A program made the position numbers and the translations under genes. Positions 58,842 through 64,000 of a stretch of DNA of 64,000 bases are shown here, piece by piece. Origin of the DNA: an uncultured candidate division Zixibacteria bacterium (lineage in GTDB: Bacteria; Zixibacteria; MSB-5A5; UBA10806; 4484-95); assembly GCA_963668625.2 (NCBI GenBank), contig CAXXKA010000001.1:64001-128000 (forward strand), read 5' to 3'. The notes under the pieces are model-generated. The model was not told where the DNA came from, searched no databases, and was given only the letters and a program-made list of their open reading frames with translations. The first letter of the stretch is position 1; each line of letters starts with the position of its first letter.

Positions 58842-61094
58842 ATGGTAAAGAAATTTTCCGGATTCATTTTATATTTCCTGATAACGATACTGGTGGTTAC
58901 TATTTATCTGGACCAGCCGGATATATTAACCTCCTGGGAAATGACATTATACGATAAACTGTTCCAACTGCGCGGTAAACAGGACGTTTCCGATGACATA
59001 CTAATTGTCAGTATCGATGATATGTCTACTCAGGGCGAATATGCCTGGCCCTGGAACAGGGGACATCTGGCGCAACTGATCGAAAAAGTGTCGATGCAGA
59101 ATCCGCAGGCAATCTATGTGAACCTGCCGCTAAACGCCGATCCGGCGGCCGATGCCTCCGGCTTGACTGACTCTCTGGCGATGGTTATTGAAAACGCCGG
59201 TAATGTCATATTGCCATATCGTTTCTCGGCCTCGGAGTATAATGACGCTGGTTTCACGTTACCCGATTATATCGAAAAGAACAGATATAGCAATTTCAAT
59301 GATTTAGAAGAAATGGGTGTGATGCCAATACCTTCCGCAACTACTATCTATTCACCTGCTCTTAAACTCGCGGAATCGGCGGCGGCGTTTGGTTTCGCCG
59401 GTATGAGTTTCGATTCGGATCGCTATATACGTTCCGCCCCGATGATTCTTCGCTATGCAGGTGAGTATTTGCCCTCGGTACCATCGGTTATCGTTCAAAC
59501 ATATTATAAGACTTCACCATCTGATATTATCGTCAATGTTAACGAAAGCATCGTGAACGGGAAGCGTATAATTCCAATCGATAATCACGGTCAGATGAGG
59601 ATTAATTTCAATGGACCATCCAGAACATTCAAATACATCTCTGCAATAGATGTCATAACCAATACTATAGGTAAAAAGGAACTCACCGGCAAGATCGCTA
59701 TCATAACATTTACCGGTACCGGCTCGGTCGATCTGTATTCCACGCCAACCTCGAAAGCCATGTTCGATGCCGAAATCGTTGCTAATAGCGTTGAAAATAT
59801 CATTCACAACCACTTCCTCGTTGACTATGGCTCGGCCAACCTTATTAACCTTCTGGTAATTATCGGTATGGGTATTTTTTCGGCGATCATATTACCGAGG
59901 ATATCGCTTCTGTTCAGGATGATCGTACTCGGGATATTTCTAATCGTGGCTGCAAATGTAAGTTTCGTGCTGTTCACGAATTTCGATATTATGACAAAAG
60001 TGTTTTATCCAATTATAATGACAATCTTCTTCATGGCTACCGCGCCTATGATGAAAATGCAAAAAGAGCAGGCCGGCGAGGATGATGAGGATATAGACTA
60101 CGATGCTCTTCTAGCCGGAACGCCGCTGAATGGTATCCAAACTAATATGAATGTCAACGCCATAGCCAACTCCAGTACCGGCGCCGGTCAAACCGTGATG
60201 GCACAGCCGCAAGCAACAGGCGCTCAATCCTCGGTAGCGACTATGCCGATTTCGACACAGCAAACGCAAGCCGGCGCACCGATTTCCAATTTCGGCAGAT
60301 ACAAGGTGTTGGAGCCGATAGGCCAGGGCGCGATGGGTATGGTTTATAAAGGACTCGATCCGGCTATCGACAGGCCGGTGGCTCTGAAAACCATCAGGCT
60401 GGATAATATCGTTAATTCCAACGAGATGTTCGAGTTGAAGGAACGACTGACTCGTGAGGCTAAAGCTGCCGGTCAGTTGTCGCATCCGAATATTGTTACT
60501 GTATATGATGTGGGTGAGGAACAATCGACTCAATATATTGCAATGGAGTTTTTGGAGGGTAAAACGCTCGAGTCGGTTATCGAGGAAAAACGCCAGTGGG
60601 ATTATAAGACGCTATGCAAGATGATAATCCAGGCCTGTGAGGCGCTCGATTTTGCGCATGAGCGAGGCATAGTCCATCGTGATGTTAAACCGGCTAATAT
60701 AATGATGCTGCCTGATGACCGTGTGAAAGTCATGGATTTCGGCATAGCCCGGCTCGATCAATCCAATATTACTCAATCGGGAGTTGCCCTGGGCACGCCG
60801 AATTATATTTCACCGGAACAGCTAAAAGGGCAGGGAGTAGATCGCCGCAGCGATATATTCAGTCTCGGCGTTGTTTTCTACGAAATGCTGACATTCCAGA
60901 AGCCATTCAAAGGCGATACGATATCAGCTTTGATCTACTCGATACTACATACGAATCCCGCGCCGCCATCCGAGATAAACATGGATGTGCCGCGAATATT
61001 CGATAAAATATCAGCCAAGTCGCTGGCCAAAGACCCTGATTTAAGATTCCAGACGGCGCGCGAGATGGCCGATATATTACGCAAATTAATCTGA
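58842..61094 (+). CDS. CHASE2-domain membrane Ser/Thr (Hanks-type) protein kinase
   Basis: CHASE2 'ILIVSIDD...WPWNR', 'DSDRYIR', three TM helices, then kinase motifs GQGAMG, VALK, HRDVKPAN, DFGIA, GTPNYISPEQ. Confidence 0.92.
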   Translation: MVKKFSGFILYFLITILVVTIYLDQPDILTSWEMTLYDKLFQLRGKQDVSDDILIVSIDDMSTQGEYAWPWNRGHLAQLIEKVSMQNPQAIYVNLPLNADPAADASGLTDSLAMVIENAGNVILPYRFSASEYNDAGFTLPDYIEKNRYSNFNDLEEMGVMPIPSATTIYSPALKLAESAAAFGFAGMSFDSDRYIRSAPMILRYAGEYLPSVPSVIVQTYYKTSPSDIIVNVNESIVNGKRIIPIDNHGQMRINFNGPSRTFKYISAIDVITNTIGKKELTGKIAIITFTGTGSVDLYSTPTSKAMFDAEIVANSVENIIHNHFLVDYGSANLINLLVIIGMGIFSAIILPRISLLFRMIVLGIFLIVAANVSFVLFTNFDIMTKVFYPIIMTIFFMATAPMMKMQKEQAGEDDEDIDYDALLAGTPLNGIQTNMNVNAIANSSTGAGQTVMAQPQATGAQSSVATMPISTQQTQAGAPISNFGRYKVLEPIGQGAMGMVYKGLDPAIDRPVALKTIRLDNIVNSNEMFELKERLTREAKAAGQLSHPNIVTVYDVGEEQSTQYIAMEFLEGKTLESVIEEKRQWDYKTLCKMIIQACEALDFAHERGIVHRDVKPANIMMLPDDRVKVMDFGIARLDQSNITQSGVALGTPNYISPEQLKGQGVDRRSDIFSLGVVFYEMLTFQKPFKGDTISALIYSILHTNPAPPSEINMDVPRIFDKISAKSLAKDPDLRFQTAREMADILRKLI

Positions 61095-61095
61095 T

Positions 61096-63420
61096 CTATT
61101 TTAGCAATACCATTTTTCTGGATTCGGAATATTTATCCGTCTCCAACTTATAGAAATAAACACCGGATGGTATTCCATTTGCCTGCCATGTTACCTGATG
61201 TTCACCGGCGGGCTGGCTATTATCCACCAGAGAACTTATCTTTCTGCCCAGGATATCATAAACATCCAGCTTGACATCCGTGCTCCTGGGCAGATTGTAT
61301 TTTATGATCGCGCTTTCGTTAAATGGATTGGGGTAAGCACAGGTAATCATTGATTTTTCAGGAAGCAAATCATTATCGGATTCAGGCACGGATGTCTGGT
61401 TGAGGACTTTTCCCAGGGTCCAACTCGTACTATAAAGCGATGCATCGTTACCATTATCGGAATGGTCATGGATGATATCGCCGTTGCCTTCCTCCATGGG
61501 CCAGTAAGCAACCAGTCCGGGCTCGTTGCCCTCGAGCGTTACATTTATTGATGATTGAATCTCTGTGCCGGATCTAGCATGATCCCAGATTCTCAACTCA
61601 TCGATTAAACCATCAAAAGTTTCCGCTAGTCCTTCGGCGTTACCGATATAAAGGTTTTCATACAGGTTGTCGTTTATCCCGCCCACAGGCGGATTAATTT
61701 GAGAGAGTGTTCGAGGAGATCCGTTTATATAAAGCAACATGCCATCGCTCAGGTTATAAGTTACGGCGATATGCTGCCAGGAATTCAACCGAATGGATAA
61801 ATCTGGCGAATAGCTGAAACCACTCGTACTCTCTGAATCGTTATGAAAGATCACCAGACAACTGTCGTTCAACGTGCCGCCTGCCCGGCAAATGAAAATC
61901 CCTATATTGGCTTTATCGATTATTTTGCCCAACCCGATCGAGGTATTTTCTCCCCAACCATCAGGATATATCCAGCCCTCAATGGTAAAAGCATCCGTGA
62001 TATTGAGGGTTGGATCAGCTTCGCATAGTGCGTAGCTTTCCATTCCATCGAACTGAAGAGCCGAATAACCATCGAAAACCTGCACGTAATTTTCATATAT
62101 GACGGTATGGGTATCGGCATCGCATACGATACCCAGCTTAACAGTGTATTCGCCGGACTCATCGAAAGTATAAGTCGGATGTTGCTCGTACGAATCTATC
62201 TGGCCGTCGTCGTCGAAATCCCAGAGCCGGCCGGTGATAGGTTGAGCCGGTAGGGAGGTATCCTCGAACTCCACTTCGAGAGGAGCATGGCCTGTAGTGG
62301 GCGAACCCTCGAATCGATAATTATAGAGCATATTTTCGAACCAGGCGATCTCATTGCCATATTGGGCCGAACCTAAAATGTCAACATCCCCGTCCTGATC
62401 GACATCAATGATACTCAAACCGGTCGCGCCGTCGAAATTATCGATGACGATATGTTTCGTGAAATTCTGTAAACCGTCATTTTCCCACCAGGATATTTCA
62501 TCGCCGTCTATCGCAATACCTATTACATCGACATCACCGTCATTATCGAAATCGGCGGTGCGTACCAGGTGAGGACGGCGAAAATCCGAATCGATTTCGA
62601 TATACGATAGATTTCCGTCGCCGTCATTTTCCCACCATCCAATGCGATTAACTTCGCATACCGTAGTCAGCAAATCCAAATCGTCGTCTCCGTCCAGGTC
62701 ATCAGCATATATACAGCTCGGCCGTCCCCAGTTTTGGGAGATAATGTTATCAGTAAAATTGCTCTCGCCGTCATTTTCGAATACACAGATAATCGATGAA
62801 ATGCTGGCCGTACCCATCAAGTCCATGTCGTCGTCACCATCCAGATCGCCCGCGCAGATATGATTTGCGCGTGTCCAGTCATCGTGAAAAATATGTGGAG
62901 TGAAATCCTCCGCGCCATCGTTTTCGAACCAGCCTATTCTGCTGGTATTGTATTCACAGGCGGTTGCCATTATATCCAAATCTCCGTCGCTGTCGATATC
63001 GGCTGCTTTCGCCAGGTTAGCTCCGGGCCAACTGGCTATATTGCGACGTTGAAACTGAAGCTCGCCGATATTTTCAAGCCAGCCTATGCATGCGCCGGAG
63101 TTTAAGGCAATGACAATATCCATATCACTATCCTGATCAAGATCGATTACCTGGCAAGCCATAGCTCCGGGGACAGTCGATGATATCGAATGCATAGTGA
63201 AATTCTGATTTCCGTCGTTTTCCCACCAGTCCAGACGCCCCCCGTAAAATGATGTCGCTACGGCATCGATATCGCCGTCAACATCGAGATCTACTCCCTG
63301 AACCCACCATGGGCTGTTATAGTCGCCGGCTATGATATGCTCTGAAAACTCAGGTTGAGCCAAACATAGCGACGCGGAAAATACTATTAGTATCGTTAAT
63401 CTTGCTACCGGTTTGTTCAT
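61096..63420 (-). CDS. Secreted FG-GAP/VCBS-repeat + PKD + LamG protein with T9SS CTD
   Basis: Repeated 'DLDxDGDxD..WWENDG' units, PKD 'WDFDDDG...PTYTF', LamG 'WQHIAVTY...IDELRIW', CTD 'AYPNPFN...KMVLLK'. Confidence 0.88.
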   Translation of the reverse strand: MNKPVARLTILIVFSASLCLAQPEFSEHIIAGDYNSPWWVQGVDLDVDGDIDAVATSFYGGRLDWWENDGNQNFTMHSISSTVPGAMACQVIDLDQDSDMDIVIALNSGACIGWLENIGELQFQRRNIASWPGANLAKAADIDSDGDLDIMATACEYNTSRIGWFENDGAEDFTPHIFHDDWTRANHICAGDLDGDDDMDLMGTASISSIICVFENDGESNFTDNIISQNWGRPSCIYADDLDGDDDLDLLTTVCEVNRIGWWENDGDGNLSYIEIDSDFRRPHLVRTADFDNDGDVDVIGIAIDGDEISWWENDGLQNFTKHIVIDNFDGATGLSIIDVDQDGDVDILGSAQYGNEIAWFENMLYNYRFEGSPTTGHAPLEVEFEDTSLPAQPITGRLWDFDDDGQIDSYEQHPTYTFDESGEYTVKLGIVCDADTHTVIYENYVQVFDGYSALQFDGMESYALCEADPTLNITDAFTIEGWIYPDGWGENTSIGLGKIIDKANIGIFICRAGGTLNDSCLVIFHNDSESTSGFSYSPDLSIRLNSWQHIAVTYNLSDGMLLYINGSPRTLSQINPPVGGINDNLYENLYIGNAEGLAETFDGLIDELRIWDHARSGTEIQSSINVTLEGNEPGLVAYWPMEEGNGDIIHDHSDNGNDASLYSTSWTLGKVLNQTSVPESDNDLLPEKSMITCAYPNPFNESAIIKYNLPRSTDVKLDVYDILGRKISSLVDNSQPAGEHQVTWQANGIPSGVYFYKLETDKYSESRKMVLLK

Positions 63421-63466
63421 TTTCCTTCTCCTACCATTACTTGGGAGATCGACGTTGTTGCCTTGT

Positions 63467-64000
63467 TTACTTTAGAAGCATCATCTTTCTTACTTCCGTG
63501 TTTTTCCCCGATGAGAGTTTGTAGAAGTAAATCCCCGATGGCATTCCCTTCGCGTTCCAGGTAACTTTATGTTCCCCCGAGGGCATCCGACCTTCGGCTA
63601 TTGTTTCGATCTTGCGTCCCAGTATATCGAAAATCTCTAACTTAATCATATCGGGGCGATCGAGCCGATAGCATATTATAGCGCTGTTATTGAATGGATT
63701 GGGATATGCCTGCGAAAGACCGGATTTTTCCGGAAGAAAATTACTTTCGCTTTCAATATCTGTCGGCTCCAATTGTTTTCCGGCAGCCCAGCGCACATCG
63801 ATTAGCATGCCGCTATTAAGGTAGTAACTGTTGTCCCAGGCGAATTCATCACCGCCTTCATCCATTCGCCAATTGAGAATGAGATTATCCGATCCACCGT
63901 CAACGTAATTGTTCATGCAAACATTGATCAAATGACCGGAGCGAACGGTGTCCCATATCCTTAGTTCATCGATGACACCATCGAACGTATGTGAACCCTC
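63467..64000 (-). CDS. C-terminal part of a LamG + T9SS CTD secreted protein (continues beyond the window edge)
   Basis: The frame is open to base 64000 (EGSHTFDGVIDELRIWDTVRSGHLINV...); CTD 'AYPNPFN...KMMLLK'. Confidence 0.85.
   Translation of the reverse strand, partial: EGSHTFDGVIDELRIWDTVRSGHLINVCMNNYVDGGSDNLILNWRMDEGGDEFAWDNSYYLNSGMLIDVRWAAGKQLEPTDIESESNFLPEKSGLSQAYPNPFNNSAIICYRLDRPDMIKLEIFDILGRKIETIAEGRMPSGEHKVTWNAKGMPSGIYFYKLSSGKNTEVRKMMLLK

Noticed and set aside
1636-63105. Numerous short antisense or alternative-frame ORFs in the ORF track (e.g. 3127-3627, 25367-25924, 42335-43120)
   Set aside because: They lie fully within well-supported genes and show no motifs; they are shadow ORFs.
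62300-63300. Periodic DNA repeats that could suggest a CRISPR array
   Set aside because: They are degenerate codon-level repeats of FG-GAP/VCBS protein motifs inside a CDS, with no identical repeats or unique spacers.
1-64000. Genome-wide UGA reassignment (Trp or Gly) as the explanation for the TGA at 28572
   Set aside because: Many full-length genes end at TGA at their expected C-termini (5084, 11718, 30808, 41003, 50044, 61094), and the long conserved ORFs contain no internal TGA.

Overview
64 kb of a moderate-GC bacterial chromosome with a standard genetic code (TGA is used as a normal stop in many genes). It is probably from an anaerobic FCB-superphylum organism such as candidate division Zixibacteria; this is an inference from the SprA translocon, the five T9SS-type 'YPNPFN...LxK' C-terminal domains and the redox genes. 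(i) 1.1-23 kb is a sigma54-controlled redox/metal-sulfur island. It holds an Hmc-like membrane complex (HdrD/DsrK-like, NarI-like, HybA-like, and an NrfD/HybB subunit fused to a hexaheme cytochrome c), a radical SAM protein, four NifB/NifX-type domains, two ferredoxin-containing MinD-type ATPases, DUF5320, CGGC, a CoA-disulfide-reductase-like flavoprotein, Mrp, DJ-1 and OYE proteins, two PAS-sigma54 activators, and three clear -24/-12 promoters with candidate enhancers. (ii) 23-38 kb holds glnS, secreted T9SS-cargo genes (a papain-like and a frameshifted gingipain-like protease), an IS256 with an 8-bp target duplication, and a secreted beta-helix protein whose frame runs through an in-frame TGA in a Cys-x-x-TGA context followed by a SECIS-like hairpin. 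This candidate new selenoprotein is the best discovery candidate. (iii) 38-64 kb holds rpmB, recG, murB, sprA followed by a lipoprotein that duplicates an internal SprA domain, dusB-larB-larC-etfA, an FHA/phosphoesterase/CHASE2-kinase module and two LamG T9SS-cargo genes. Three diverged copies of a 135-160 bp palindromic MITE/REPIN-like element were also found. No rRNA, tRNA or CRISPR array was recognised. All family assignments come from motif recognition by eye, not database searches.
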